Assembly: GCA_937991945.1 (NCBI GenBank)
Contig: CALKLO010000034.1
Coordinates: 19,270-83,269 of the forward strand
Source: an uncultured Granulosicoccus sp.
GTDB lineage: Bacteria; Pseudomonadota; Gammaproteobacteria; Granulosicoccales; Granulosicoccaceae
Direction: 5' to 3'
DNA: 64,000 bases
Positions 26,424-38,678 of the stretch are shown here, piece by piece. The position numbers and the translations under genes are program-made. Within the stretch, counting starts at the first letter, position 1. Every line of letters begins with the position of its first letter. A model generated the notes under the pieces. It had not been told where the DNA came from. It was given only the letters and a program-made list of their open reading frames with translations, and searched no databases.

Positions 26424-28368
26424 CAACGATACCTCAGGTATTCGTGATTCGGCCTCTGGTCGAACGGGCCCGCGTGGAGCCCAACAACCGGTGGGTAGGC
26501 GTCAAAAAAAATCGGGTAGTAAAAAGCCAGCTGGCTCAAAGCGTAATGCAATTGCCATTTTTGATGGTTGGCCACCCTTTGAAGATCTCAAGCCAACGCT
26601 GATATTTCTTCTCCTACCTGCAGCTTTGGGTATAGCCATCATAGTTTTTGGTGGTTTGCCAAAACCGGTTCTTGCAGGTTTTGGGTTAATTATTGGTATC
26701 TATGTGGCCTCTAGTACCTTTAAAACGGTGGACCTAACGGTTGCCTGTATTCTTTTATATTTGCCCTTTGCTAAGTCATTCGTCATTCCTGTACTACCCG
26801 GCCTTAACGGCACAAACATGCTCATCATGTTGGCTATTTGGACTGCATTTCTCAGAGCAAACCGTGAAAAAGATAAGTTTTTAGTCTTGCCGGGCGGTTC
26901 GGCTTATGTAGTTGGCTTTGCAATTTACACGTCAATATCGGCGTTTACGGTGTTTCAACACCCGGGTGGTGCCGCGGTATTTGCCGAGGATTTACTCAGC
27001 TATAAATCGTGGCTGGATCAGTTCATCATTTATTTTCTCCTTGCGGCACTCATCAGAGACAAGGCTGGTGCCAAAAAAGCCTTGGTGTACACCATGATCG
27101 GCGCTATGGCTGTGGTGCTGTATTCGGTGCCTGAGATGTTCGACAAAATGGGGCGATCCTCCATTGAGAAAAGCCGGATGATCGGGCCACAGTTACAGTC
27201 AAACAACTTTGGTGGTTTTGTCGCCTACACCATGTTGCCAATGATTGCTTTTTTCGTGGTGTTTATCAAAGACATCCGAGCGTGGTTGTTTACGCCGTAC
27301 TTTTTAATAGCACTGAAAGTACTGTTGACGACTTTCTCTCGTGGCGCATACCTGGCTTTTGCAGCCGGGGGCTTAATGGCAGTTTATTTCCGAGGAAAAG
27401 GGTTCCTAGGGATAATTCTTGTGATGACCACGTGTGTCTTACTGGCCTTTCCAGCCGCCATTCCTGACTCTATTTCAGACAGAATGGCATCAGTGATGGG
27501 GGGCGAGGCAGACACATTAAGGCCCGAAGAAGAATCGATTGATAAAAGCTCAGCTATTCGCCTAGACATGTGGAAGGCTGCCGGCAAAATGATGGTCGAA
27601 AGCCCCATTTTAGGTAAGGGCTTCAAGGGATTCAAACTCCTAAAGTCTGAATACCTCGAAATTGACTACATAGTCAGTGATCCGCACAGTATGTACATGT
27701 ATATCGGCTCCCAAATGGGATTGCCGGCGTTGTTCTTGTTCGTTTTCCTTATGTTTTTCATGTTCAAGGAGGGGCGGGCGCTCTCTATAAACGCGGAAGA
27801 TCAGTTCATAAGAGCCGCTGGCATTGGCTGCGCCGCGGCTGCGGTGTGTTACGGCGTCATTAATATCTTTGGATCGCGTGCAATTGCATTGAATTTCAGT
27901 ATTTATTTCTGGGCCTATTTTCTTATCATCCAGGTACTAAAAGATGCCACGGACCAAGAGGCTGCGGGTGTGAGTGGTGCTAAACGTAAGCGAGGTGCAC
28001 TGCAATTACAGGAATCAGCTGTTGCTGGGCAAGCTGCTGGCGCCGGAGCTTCCGCAGAGTTAGATGATGCACTACTCGTTAATTCTAAACTTGAGAATAA
28101 GAAGCGAGCCAAGAGCCGATCTGGAGGCCGAGTTCCTGCAAGAGGCGCGGCTGCCCACATGGCTCGCGAAGCAGAACGAACAGAAATTGAGGCGGAGGTT
28201 GCTGCCGAGCGAGTTAAGGCTAATCAGCAAAATAGCACCTACGGTTACGAATCATCAAACACTGATTCCACCGACGGCTACGAAACTCGTGGCGCTCGCA
28301 AGGCGAAAGCAGCATTTGAGACGAAAATGGGGCGAGCCACCCGTCGTCAGGGACCTACTAAGCGCTAA
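26392..28368 (+). CDS. O-antigen ligase/polymerase (Wzy_C) family protein with long polar N- and C-terminal tails
   Basis: SNNFG, TFSRGAYL, SSAIRLDMWKAA...PILGKG, DPHSMY...QMGL; about 10-12 TM segments. Confidence 0.88.
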   Translation: MASTNPFPRGNNDTSGIRDSASGRTGPRGAQQPVGRRQKKSGSKKPAGSKRNAIAIFDGWPPFEDLKPTLIFLLLPAALGIAIIVFGGLPKPVLAGFGLIIGIYVASSTFKTVDLTVACILLYLPFAKSFVIPVLPGLNGTNMLIMLAIWTAFLRANREKDKFLVLPGGSAYVVGFAIYTSISAFTVFQHPGGAAVFAEDLLSYKSWLDQFIIYFLLAALIRDKAGAKKALVYTMIGAMAVVLYSVPEMFDKMGRSSIEKSRMIGPQLQSNNFGGFVAYTMLPMIAFFVVFIKDIRAWLFTPYFLIALKVLLTTFSRGAYLAFAAGGLMAVYFRGKGFLGIILVMTTCVLLAFPAAIPDSISDRMASVMGGEADTLRPEEESIDKSSAIRLDMWKAAGKMMVESPILGKGFKGFKLLKSEYLEIDYIVSDPHSMYMYIGSQMGLPALFLFVFLMFFMFKEGRALSINAEDQFIRAAGIGCAAAAVCYGVINIFGSRAIALNFSIYFWAYFLIIQVLKDATDQEAAGVSGAKRKRGALQLQESAVAGQAAGAGASAELDDALLVNSKLENKKRAKSRSGGRVPARGAAAHMAREAERTEIEAEVAAERVKANQQNSTYGYESSNTDSTDGYETRGARKAKAAFETKMGRATRRQGPTKR

Positions 28369-28738
28369 CCCAATTGGCTGCGCTAGTCTTCTTTAACCCT
28401 GTACATTTCAGGTTAAACTCGTGACACTGCATTTCTGAGACGTACCTTACTTTGCTGTCTGGGTGCAGTCGACTATTCTTTCCCAAAGAGTGTCACCAGT
28501 CTCCTTTTAAGCAGCTCACCGAAGCTACACTTTTAACGCGCCGAAGGGTAAGTTAACCGTGTCAGGTTCTTTGGTTTCGAACAATTGAGTTACGTAAATC
28601 CGGCACCATGTTAATGGGGTACGAAAATTGCGATTGTTCGTCCAAGCGTGATCGTGACACTTCTCTTTCGTTTTACACGTATCAGTGATTGGCAGAGTCT
28701 TAAGTTTGGCCAATCGATCTCGCGGAATATTTTGATTC

Positions 28739-29056
28739 ATGAGTGAAGAAGACAATAATTTTGAAGATGGTTTAGCGGTAGAGACTGCCAAACCCAAGCT
28801 GGCTAAGCCGCCACTTTGGAAGGTAGTGTTGCTAAATGATGACTACACACCGATGGAGTTCGTAGTAGAGGTGTTAGAAGTATTTTTTACGTTGGACAGG
28901 GAGCAGGCCACACGAGTCATGCTGCATGTGCATCAGAAAGGAAAAGGCGTTTGCGGTGTATTTACACGCGAAATAGCCGAAACGAAGGTAGCGCAGGTGA
29001 CGCAATTAGCTCGGGAGCGAAAGCATCCACTAATGTGCGAGATGGAAAAGGCGTAA
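28739..29056 (+). CDS. clpS: ATP-dependent Clp protease adaptor
   Basis: [36 protein letters not shown]. Confidence 0.97.
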   Translation: MSEEDNNFEDGLAVETAKPKLAKPPLWKVVLLNDDYTPMEFVVEVLEVFFTLDREQATRVMLHVHQKGKGVCGVFTREIAETKVAQVTQLARERKHPLMCEMEKA

Positions 29057-29173
29057 AGATTAGACAGTTAGATTGAACTCTGGGCCGACGTGGGAATCCA
29101 GAGTGTATAAAGCGGCGAAGGGTTGTCTATCCTTCTAATGCAAAATTAAGTTTCATGAGCGGACGATTAAATA

Positions 29174-31450
29174 ATGCTTAGCAAAGAGCTGGAATTCACT
29201 CTAAACAATGCGTTCAAAGAAGCGCGTGCTCGAAGGTTTGAGTTCATGACGGTCGAGCACTTGTTGCTTGCTCTTATTGACAACCCTACGGCTGCGCAGG
29301 TGTTGCGTGCGTGTGGTGGTGATCTCGAGACCCTTCGCGACGAGCTAGATAGCTTTGTCGACGAAAACACACCCTTGCTTGATGAAGACGATACTCGCGA
29401 AACGCAGCCTACGTTGGGTTTCCAACGTGTGCTTCAACGCGCCGTCTTCCATGTACAAAGCTCTGGCAAAAAAGAGGTTACGGGTGCCAACGTGCTGGTT
29501 GCCATTTTTGGCGAGCAGGACTCACAAACCGTATACCTACTCAATAAACAAAATATTACTCGACTCGACGTCGTGAACTATATTTCTCATGGAATTGCTA
29601 AAAATTCTGACGAGGAGCCGGAAGAAGCTGATGACAGTGCCGGTGAATATGGTGCAGAGGATGCCGAGAGCGATGCAAAGCCTCTTGATAAGTATGCAAC
29701 TAACTTAAATGTGAAGGCGCTAGCGGGTGAAATCGATCCACTAATTGGTCGAGATCACGAAGTAGAGCGAGCCTCGCAGGTATTGTGTCGTCGCCGCAAG
29801 AATAACCCTTTGCTGGTTGGTGAAGCCGGTGTTGGTAAAACCGCCATTGCAGAAGGTCTGGCTAAGAGAATCGTTGACGGCGAAGTGCCTTCGGTGCTCG
29901 CAGATGCGGTCATTTATTCATTGGATCTAGGTTCCTTGGTAGCAGGTACTAAGTACCGTGGAGACTTTGAAAAGCGTCTCAAAGCGATCCTTAACCAGCT
30001 TAAGAAGGAAGACGGCGCCATTCTGTTCATTGACGAAATTCACACCATCATTGGTGCGGGTGCGGCGTCAGGTGGGGTCATGGATGCGTCCAATCTCATA
30101 AAGCCTATGTTGGCAACCGGAGAACTAAAGTGCATCGGTTCCACGACCTATCAGGAATACCGCGGCATCTTTGAAAAAGATCGCGCGCTTTCACGACGAT
30201 TCCAGAAAATTGACGTCAAAGAGCCGACCGTTGATGAAACGTTTGAGATCCTAAAAGGCCTGAAGTCGCGTTACGAAGAGTTTCACGAGGTGAAATATTC
30301 CAACAACGCACTGAAAACAGCTGCAGAACTAGCAGGGCGATACATCAACGATCGTTTTCTGCCTGACAAAGCCATAGACGTCATTGACGAAGCTGGCGCT
30401 AATCATCGTGTCAAGGGTCTGGTCACGAAAGGCAAAAAGCAGATTACGGTTAAAGACATTGAAGCAATCGTTGCCAAAATAGCCCGTATTCCTGAAAAGA
30501 GCGTTTCTTCAACGGATATGGACAAGCTCAAAACACTGGCGCGTGATTTACGCATGCTCGTGTTTGGTCAGGATGATGCCATCGAAGCACTCGGCACTGC
30601 CATTAAAATGTCCCGTTCCGGCCTAGGTCCTCAAGACAAGCCGATTGGTAGTTTTATGTTTGCAGGTCCAACGGGTGTCGGTAAGACCGAAGTGACTAAG
30701 CAGTTGGCAAAAATCATGGGTATCGAGCTCATCCGATTTGATATGTCAGAGTACTTGGAGCGGCATACCGTTTCACGTCTAATCGGTGCGCCTCCTGGGT
30801 ATGTCGGTTTCGACCAAGGTGGGTTGCTAACCGATGCTGTCATTCAAAATCCTCACGCAGTTGTGTTGCTAGACGAAGTTGAAAAGGCGCATCCAGATGT
30901 GTTTAATCTGTTACTGCAGGTTATGGATCATGGAACGCTGACAGATAACAACGGACGTAAGGCAGATTTTAGAAATATCATTCTTGTGATGACAACGAAT
31001 GCGGGTGCCGAGTCAATTTCCAGAACAACGATGGGCTTTACTCAGCAAGACCACAGTACGGACGGAAATGAAGCAGTTAACAAACTGTTCACACCGGAGT
31101 TTCGTAACCGCTTAGACGCCATTATTCAGTTCAAGCCGTTAGACAAGAGCATAATTCTCAACGTCGTCGACAAATTCATTATTGAACTTGAAGCGCAGCT
31201 TGAAGAGAAGAACGTTTCTATCGATTTCAACGATGAGGCGAAGGTTTGGTTGGCTGAGCACGGTTTTGACCCGAAAATGGGCGCAAGACCAATGGCTCGA
31301 CTCATCAGTGAGAACGTCAAGAAGCACCTTGCTGATGAAATTCTGTTCGGCAAGCTAAGCCGCGGCGGGCGCGTCAACGTTATTCTCGATGAGAAAGGCA
31401 ACTTGGCCTTTGAGTTCGAGAGTAAGGAAAGTAAGGAGGCGACCGTATAG
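29174..31450 (+). CDS. clpA: ATP-dependent Clp protease ATP-binding subunit
   Basis: [36 protein letters not shown]; 758 aa; follows clpS. Confidence 0.98.
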   Translation: MLSKELEFTLNNAFKEARARRFEFMTVEHLLLALIDNPTAAQVLRACGGDLETLRDELDSFVDENTPLLDEDDTRETQPTLGFQRVLQRAVFHVQSSGKKEVTGANVLVAIFGEQDSQTVYLLNKQNITRLDVVNYISHGIAKNSDEEPEEADDSAGEYGAEDAESDAKPLDKYATNLNVKALAGEIDPLIGRDHEVERASQVLCRRRKNNPLLVGEAGVGKTAIAEGLAKRIVDGEVPSVLADAVIYSLDLGSLVAGTKYRGDFEKRLKAILNQLKKEDGAILFIDEIHTIIGAGAASGGVMDASNLIKPMLATGELKCIGSTTYQEYRGIFEKDRALSRRFQKIDVKEPTVDETFEILKGLKSRYEEFHEVKYSNNALKTAAELAGRYINDRFLPDKAIDVIDEAGANHRVKGLVTKGKKQITVKDIEAIVAKIARIPEKSVSSTDMDKLKTLARDLRMLVFGQDDAIEALGTAIKMSRSGLGPQDKPIGSFMFAGPTGVGKTEVTKQLAKIMGIELIRFDMSEYLERHTVSRLIGAPPGYVGFDQGGLLTDAVIQNPHAVVLLDEVEKAHPDVFNLLLQVMDHGTLTDNNGRKADFRNIILVMTTNAGAESISRTTMGFTQQDHSTDGNEAVNKLFTPEFRNRLDAIIQFKPLDKSIILNVVDKFIIELEAQLEEKNVSIDFNDEAKVWLAEHGFDPKMGARPMARLISENVKKHLADEILFGKLSRGGRVNVILDEKGNLAFEFESKESKEATV

Positions 31451-31480
31451 CGTTAGGTAAGCCCTAACGTTGGTTGCTCA

Positions 31481-31522
31481 AAGCCACGCAGTCCGAAACC
31501 TGGTCTGCGTGGCTTTTTTTTT
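31481..31522 (+). terminator. Rho-independent terminator of clpA (probably bidirectional)
   Basis: AAGCCACGCAG...CTGCGTGGCTT stem followed by a long T run; A's on the 5' side. Confidence 0.85.
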
Positions 31523-31528
31523 GACTCT

Positions 31529-31747
31529 CTACCGACTTCGGTAGGTGATACGGCCTTTACTCAGGTCGTAAGGAGTCATCTGTACGGTGACTTTGTCGCC
31601 GGTAAGAATTCGAATGTAGTGCTTTCTCATCTTGCCGGAAATGTGAGCAGTAACTACATGTCCATTTTCGAGTTCGACTCGGAACATAGTGTTTGGAAGA
31701 GTGTCGACAACAACACCTTCCATCTCGATGGGTTCTTCTTTAGCCAT
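31529..31747 (-). CDS. infA: Translation initiation factor IF-1
   Basis: [48 protein letters not shown]. Confidence 0.99.
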   Translation of the reverse strand: MAKEEPIEMEGVVVDTLPNTMFRVELENGHVVTAHISGKMRKHYIRILTGDKVTVQMTPYDLSKGRITYRSR

Positions 31748-31987
31748 TAATTCTCTTGTAAGCCTTTTTCGGTCTGGGCGTCTTCCACCCCATTACCGCT
31801 ATTATGCCAGCCATTACGCACAAGGGCGAATGGAACACAGCAACTACTGGGTATTTGCATGCGATTATATGGCGATTGCTTCATGTTATTACAAGTGTTT
31901 TGCCAATAGTGTCAATAAAACAGCCTGATTGGCGTCACTATGCGGGTAAATATAGGTTTGAACTCGACAACTTAGCCAACCATAATA

Positions 31988-32482
31988 GTGTGGATGTACA
32001 ACTCACTTTTGCATCGTCCTAAGACGACTGAGCGATTTACCACTTTGATGGAGATGTATGAGAAGAACTACGTTCTCATAAGGTTGCTAGCGCCTGAGTT
32101 AAAACAGATGGTTCAAGGCAGGTATGTCTCTTCGGTCGACGGAGCAATGCCTTTGGAACTGTTGGTAAGTGAGCATAGCCGCTATACCAGCACGTTTAAT
32201 TTAACGTACCGATTTTCTGATTCACCTGAGAAGGGGCGTCGGGATCGTGAGCCTGATTTGGCCATTCGCCTTTACCACGACTCTCGCAGTTGTGAGGTTA
32301 TGAGCGGTCTGCTACCCGAGGGGCGTATTGAAATTCGCCGAACACGTGATCTAGACGAAGGCAGGCGTTTGAACCGATTTTTGAATAAGTGGCTGAGTTA
32401 CTGTATCCGCCAAGGTCATACATTTTCTGGGCAGAGCGTTGAAGCTCTGCCAAAAGACGCCGTTTACTGCGTGCAGAATTGA
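31988..32482 (+). CDS. DUF1249 (YqiB-like) protein
   Basis: LMEMYEKNYVLIRLL, SRYTS, PDLAIRLYHD..SCEV, LNRFLNKWLSYC..QGH. Confidence 0.85.
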   Translation: MWMYNSLLHRPKTTERFTTLMEMYEKNYVLIRLLAPELKQMVQGRYVSSVDGAMPLELLVSEHSRYTSTFNLTYRFSDSPEKGRRDREPDLAIRLYHDSRSCEVMSGLLPEGRIEIRRTRDLDEGRRLNRFLNKWLSYCIRQGHTFSGQSVEALPKDAVYCVQN

Positions 32483-32973
32483 TCAAAGCTATTCTGATAT
32501 TCGGAAATATGCACAATCGTGTTGTCCATATCTTCGGCAGTAATCTGAGCCTGAAGTCTTCTTTCTAGCGATACAACGCGCTTGCGAAGGTCCTCGCAGC
32601 GATTTTGCGACTGGTTTGATTCCTTAAAGGCCATCTTATTCTGAACTGGCTGTGTTTGAAACGTTTGTACCTGCGAGTCGGTGCTCCACGTACCCATGAC
32701 TACATCAGATTTTTCGGTATCCGATGAAGTTGAATTAATCTCGAGTGCACCCGCTTCAGTGGGTTGGGCCGACGCTTTACCCAGTGTGGGTTCTCGGGCT
32801 GATTTGGAGGCGGCGTCACCAGTAATGTCGACGACGTCGTAATCGATACCGGCGGGAGGTTTATCAGGTGAGAATGTAATGGTGCCGTCAGCCTCGGCCC
32901 ATTTATACAAAGGCTCTGCAAAAGCCACGCTGCAGCACGTGAGAAGTAGGGCGTAGCAAGTTCGACGAATCAT
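32464..32973 (-). CDS. DUF4124-domain exported protein
   Basis: Signal peptide then LYKWAEADGTITFSPDKPP; start set at ATG 32973. Confidence 0.8.
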   Translation of the reverse strand: MIRRTCYALLLTCCSVAFAEPLYKWAEADGTITFSPDKPPAGIDYDVVDITGDAASKSAREPTLGKASAQPTEAGALEINSTSSDTEKSDVVMGTWSTDSQVQTFQTQPVQNKMAFKESNQSQNRCEDLRKRVVSLERRLQAQITAEDMDNTIVHISEYQNSFDQFCTQ

Positions 32974-33030
32974 AATAATGGACAAATTTACGCTAAAGTC
33001 TTGCTTACTCAAGATGCAAGGTCGGTGCCC

Positions 33031-33420
33031 ATGAATCTGGCAGTTAATTTTGCCTGTGTAGGTCTAGGAGGCGCATTGGGCGCCTGTTCACGCTACGCAA
33101 TTAGCTTACTGTTAGCTGGTGTGGATTCAAGGATTCCCTATGCGACTCTGAGCGTCAATGTGGTCGGCGCTTTGATCGCTGGTTTCTTGATGACAGTATT
33201 CGTCAGCAAGGGGTTGGTGCCCAGCGCGCTTCAGTTAATCCTTGTCGTGGGGTTTTTAGGTGGTTTCACCACTTTCTCCGCATTTTCAGTGGAGACGTTA
33301 CGTTTGCTTGAAACAGGGGACTCTGATTTAGCGCTCGTAAATTCACTGGCTAACCTTGTTGGATCCCTAATCGCCGTGAGCGTGGGAGCTTTTCTAGCCT
33401 CTCGATTTTTGGCCAACTAA
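33031..33420 (+). CDS. crcB: Fluoride efflux channel CrcB/FluC
   Basis: GGALGACSRY, PYATLSVNVVG, GFLGGFTTFSAFS. Confidence 0.95.
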   Translation: MNLAVNFACVGLGGALGACSRYAISLLLAGVDSRIPYATLSVNVVGALIAGFLMTVFVSKGLVPSALQLILVVGFLGGFTTFSAFSVETLRLLETGDSDLALVNSLANLVGSLIAVSVGAFLASRFLAN

Positions 33421-33507
33421 ACCGAGCTTAAATCGTGCCTAAGGCACTGATATACTCTCTATACACATTAACGCCACAGTTGATTGTTAGCTGTAGCACC
33501 TACCTGA

Positions 33508-34845
<1,338 letters not shown>

Positions 34846-34865
34846 AGTAACAACACTTAATAACC

Positions 34866-36815
34866 ATGCAGACACTTCCGAGCCTTCCACATTATCTGCT
34901 CAGAAACAGTGAGCAGTTTTCTAACCGAGTGGCGATGCGCCACAAGGATCTCGGTATATGGCGAGAATGGACTTGGGCAGAAGTATGCCAAGAGGTCCAG
35001 GAATTCGCCATAGGCCTTAAAGAGTTGGGTTTAGAGCCCGGCGATAAGGTTGCCATTATTGGGTCTAACCGTCCCAAACTGTATTGGTCGTTTGCAGCTA
35101 TTCAATCTATCGGGGCTATTCCAATCCCTATGTACGCAGATTCTGTGGCAGAGGAAATGGTTTACGTCCTAGAACACGCAGGCGTTAAATTTGCGATCTG
35201 TCAGGATCAAGAGCAAGTCGACAAAGTGTTGTCGGTTCAAGATCAACTACCACTGATCAAGAAACTCATTTTTGACGAGCCGCGAGGCCTACGTGACTAC
35301 GATTCTGATGTCATCGTCTCTATCGACGCCGTGCAGCATTTGGGTAAGAAGGCGGTTGAGCGTGATCAGCATCAAACCGTTCAATGGCGAATGGGTATTG
35401 ATAATCTGGTCAGTGACGAGCTGTGCGTCATGCTCTACACCTCGGGGACTACGGGTAGGCCCAAAGGGGTCATGTTGTCGCACAATAATTTGATCATCAC
35501 CTCCATCAATGCGAACTCCTTCGACAACCTTGATCATCGAGAGGAAACTATTGCCTACCTTCCGCTGGCATGGGTGGGTGATCACGTATTCAGTTATGGG
35601 CAATCGTTAACGGCAGGCTATTGTGTTTGCTGCCCAGAGAGTCTGGATACCATCACCTCTGATCGACGAGAAATAGCGCCAACGTATTTTTTCGCGCCTC
35701 CTAGAGTCTTTGAAACCTTGCTGACCAACATTATGGTGGCCATGGAAGACGCTAGTCGGCCCAAGCGTGCGATGTTTGATCATTTCATCAACGTGGCGAA
35801 GAAACACGGAGAGGCTGTGTTAAACGGTGAAGCGGTGGGCGCGCTATCGCGATTGCATTACGCATTAGGTGAATTTTGTGTTTATGGTCCTTTAAAAAAT
35901 CGCTTAGGTATGTCTAATGTTCGAGTCGCCTACACAGCGGGCGAAGCCATTGGCCCAGATATATTTCGGTTCTATCGCTCTTTGGGTATCAACCTCAAAC
36001 AGCTATACGGACAAACCGAGGCAAGTGTCTACATAACAGCACAGCCTGACGGACAAATCGATGCTAATACCGTGGGAACACCGTCTCCCGATGTAGAGCT
36101 AAAAATTGATGAAAATGGTGAGGTGCTTTACCGCTCCCCCGGTGTTTTCTTAGGCTATTTTAAAAACGATGAGGCAACAGCTTCAACTAAAACAGCTGAC
36201 GGGTGGGTGTATACCGGTGATGCGGGCTTCATAGATGACATAGGCCATTTACGCATAATCGATAGAGCGAAGGATGTCGGTAAGCTCAACGATGGCAGTT
36301 TGTTTCCGCCTAAGTACATCGAAAATAAATTAAAGTTTTTCTCCTCAATAAAAGAAGTCGTGGCGTTTGGTCATGAGCGTGATTACGTGACCGCTTTCGT
36401 CAATATTGATTTAACGGCTGTGTCCAATTGGGCTGAGAGAAATAACATCGTATACGCCTCGTATCAGGAGTTAGCGAGTCATCCATTGGTTTACGACATG
36501 ATCGAAGCACACATCGATCAAGTGAATGCCGATTTACTCGCCGAACCTCGCGTGGCAGGAGCTACTATCAAACGCTTTTTGGTATTGCACAAAGAGTTAG
36601 ATGCTGATGATGGTGAGCTGACCCGTACGCAAAAAGTCAGACGTAAATTTATCAACGAACGCTATGAGCCTCTTATAGAAGCGCTGTATACCGACAAGCA
36701 AACTCAGTTTGTTTCAACGACAGTGGTTTATGAAGACGGCCGAAAAGGCGCGATTGAAGCGGATGTCGTGCTGCGCACCATGCCTGATTCAACACAGCTA
36801 CGGAAAGCTTCCTGA
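34866..36815 (+). CDS. Long-chain acyl-CoA synthetase (FadD/AMP-binding family)
   Basis: LYTSGTTGRPKGV, YGQTE, TGDAG, IIDRAKD. Confidence 0.9.
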   Translation: MQTLPSLPHYLLRNSEQFSNRVAMRHKDLGIWREWTWAEVCQEVQEFAIGLKELGLEPGDKVAIIGSNRPKLYWSFAAIQSIGAIPIPMYADSVAEEMVYVLEHAGVKFAICQDQEQVDKVLSVQDQLPLIKKLIFDEPRGLRDYDSDVIVSIDAVQHLGKKAVERDQHQTVQWRMGIDNLVSDELCVMLYTSGTTGRPKGVMLSHNNLIITSINANSFDNLDHREETIAYLPLAWVGDHVFSYGQSLTAGYCVCCPESLDTITSDRREIAPTYFFAPPRVFETLLTNIMVAMEDASRPKRAMFDHFINVAKKHGEAVLNGEAVGALSRLHYALGEFCVYGPLKNRLGMSNVRVAYTAGEAIGPDIFRFYRSLGINLKQLYGQTEASVYITAQPDGQIDANTVGTPSPDVELKIDENGEVLYRSPGVFLGYFKNDEATASTKTADGWVYTGDAGFIDDIGHLRIIDRAKDVGKLNDGSLFPPKYIENKLKFFSSIKEVVAFGHERDYVTAFVNIDLTAVSNWAERNNIVYASYQELASHPLVYDMIEAHIDQVNADLLAEPRVAGATIKRFLVLHKELDADDGELTRTQKVRRKFINERYEPLIEALYTDKQTQFVSTTVVYEDGRKGAIEADVVLRTMPDSTQLRKAS

Positions 36816-37666
36816 TGACAGATATCAGTCAGACAGCAGACGCTGTTGAATCCCTTGATACGCAGAGCGACGTCGATGCGCCTGAAACATTGCGATACAC
36901 CGAAGAGTTGCTTCGGGTCGATAACGTATCGTTGTCTTTCGGCGGGGTAAACGCCATCACCGACATCTCTTTTAACATTATGAAGGGTGAGGTTCGCGCC
37001 ATTATCGGCCCCAATGGCGCCGGTAAAACGTCGATGTTAAATGTCATCAATGGTTTTTATCACCCGCAGAAAGGTGTCATTAGTTTTCGTGGAAAACCAA
37101 GGCGTCGTATGAAGCCTTATAAGGCAGCAGCGTCAGGTATTGCAAGAACGTTTCAAAACGTGGCCTTGTTTAAAGGGATGAGTACGTTGGACAACATTAT
37201 GTCCGGACGGTCGTTGAAAATGCATCGAGGTTTCTTATGGCAAGTGATCAACATAGGTCCTGCAAGAAACGAAGAAATTGAGCACAGAAAACGTGTTGAG
37301 GAAATTATCGATTTTCTGGAAATTGCGCATATACGCAAGCAGCCCGTCGGTAAGTTGCCCTACGGTTTGCAAAAGCGCGTAGAGCTGGGTCGTGCGATGG
37401 CTATGGAGCCCGAGTTGTTGTTGCTCGATGAGCCAATGGCTGGAATGAACCTAGAAGAAAAAGAAGACATGAGCCGGTTCATCATCGATCTTAATACCGA
37501 GTTTGGCACCACCATAGCGCTCATTGAGCATGACATGGGGGTTGTTATGGACCTAGCGGATAGGGTCGTTGTGCTTGACTACGGTAAAAAAATTGCCGAT
37601 GGCACACCAAAGGCTGTGCAATCCAGTCAAGAAGTTATTGATGCCTATCTAGGAGTGGCGCGCTAA
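36815..37666 (+). CDS. ABC transporter ATP-binding protein (LivG-like)
   Basis: GPNGAGKT, RTFQN, LPYGLQKRVE, LLLDEP, IEHDM. Confidence 0.93.
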   Translation: MTDISQTADAVESLDTQSDVDAPETLRYTEELLRVDNVSLSFGGVNAITDISFNIMKGEVRAIIGPNGAGKTSMLNVINGFYHPQKGVISFRGKPRRRMKPYKAAASGIARTFQNVALFKGMSTLDNIMSGRSLKMHRGFLWQVINIGPARNEEIEHRKRVEEIIDFLEIAHIRKQPVGKLPYGLQKRVELGRAMAMEPELLLLDEPMAGMNLEEKEDMSRFIIDLNTEFGTTIALIEHDMGVVMDLADRVVVLDYGKKIADGTPKAVQSSQEVIDAYLGVAR

Positions 37667-38622
37667 TGGAATTACTTAACTCCATATTTGTCGCGCCGTT
37701 TGTCGATATGGCAGCCTACCCAGACTTTTTAATACAAGTTATTTGGGAAGGATTCGTCGCAGGCGTTTTGTACTCGCTTATAGCCCTTGGGTTTGTGTTG
37801 ATCTACAAAGCCTCGGGTGTATTCAATTTTGCGCAGGGCATCATGGTGGTGTTCTCAGCACTAGCCTTGGTTAGTTTGCATGAAGCCGGTGTTCCGGCTT
37901 GGTTAGCCGTTGTGTTGGCAATAGGAATAATGGGTGTGTTGGCCGTCAGTATCGAACGCTTGGTGCTGCGAAAATTAGTTAACCAGCACGATGCTATTTT
38001 ATTGATGGCAACCATTGGCTTGACACTAATCCTTAAGGGCGTTGGCGAGTTGATCTTTGGTGGTGAACCCAAACCGATGATTACTGAGCAGCTTGGATTA
38101 CCCACAGGCTCTACAGACTGGGAAGTATTCGACGGTATCGTAATTTTTCAGCACATCGATATCGCAGCTGCGGTTATAGCCGTTTTAATGGTTATGGCGC
38201 TGGGTGTCTTCTTTTCCAAAACACGTATTGGCCGAGCACTACGTGCTGTGGCTGATGATCATCAAGCCGCGTTGTCAGTGGGTATTTCGTTGCACCAAAT
38301 TTGGGCTATCGTATGGTTTGCCTCAGGCATCGTGGCTTTGGTCACGGGCATTATGTGGGGCGCGCGTTCGGAAGTGTCCTTCGCGTTAGAAATCATTGCG
38401 CTTAAGGCACTGGCTGTGTTGATCTTGGGTGGGTTTACCTCCATCCCAGGAGCGATTGTAGGCGGCCTCTTAATTGGTATTGGTGAAAAGCTTTTTGAAG
38501 TGTATTGGGGAGCTTTGTTTGGTAGCGGTGTTGAGGCTTGGTTTGCCTATGTACTTGCGTTAATTTTTCTTCTGTTTCGTCCGCAAGGATTATTTGGTGA
38601 GAGGATTATTGAACGTGTTTAA
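37666..38622 (+). CDS. ABC transporter permease (LivH-like)
   Basis: YSLIALGFVLIYKASGVFNFAQG, TRIGRALRAVADD, ILGGFTSIPGA. Confidence 0.93.
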   Translation: MELLNSIFVAPFVDMAAYPDFLIQVIWEGFVAGVLYSLIALGFVLIYKASGVFNFAQGIMVVFSALALVSLHEAGVPAWLAVVLAIGIMGVLAVSIERLVLRKLVNQHDAILLMATIGLTLILKGVGELIFGGEPKPMITEQLGLPTGSTDWEVFDGIVIFQHIDIAAAVIAVLMVMALGVFFSKTRIGRALRAVADDHQAALSVGISLHQIWAIVWFASGIVALVTGIMWGARSEVSFALEIIALKALAVLILGGFTSIPGAIVGGLLIGIGEKLFEVYWGALFGSGVEAWFAYVLALIFLLFRPQGLFGERIIERV

Positions 38623-38678
38623 GTTATCTATTGACGTCACAATGATCATTCATCCCTCGCAAAGCTTGGAGCGTACCT

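Noticed and set aside
28369-28738. cspD or a remnant of it upstream of clpS (including the 90-aa ORF 28525-28797)
   Set aside because: No cold-shock-domain motif (KWF, GFGF) seen; the ORF is a shadow overlapping clpS.
32974-33030. Fluoride riboswitch upstream of crcB
   Set aside because: Only ~57 bp separate the divergent genes and the conserved riboswitch core is absent.
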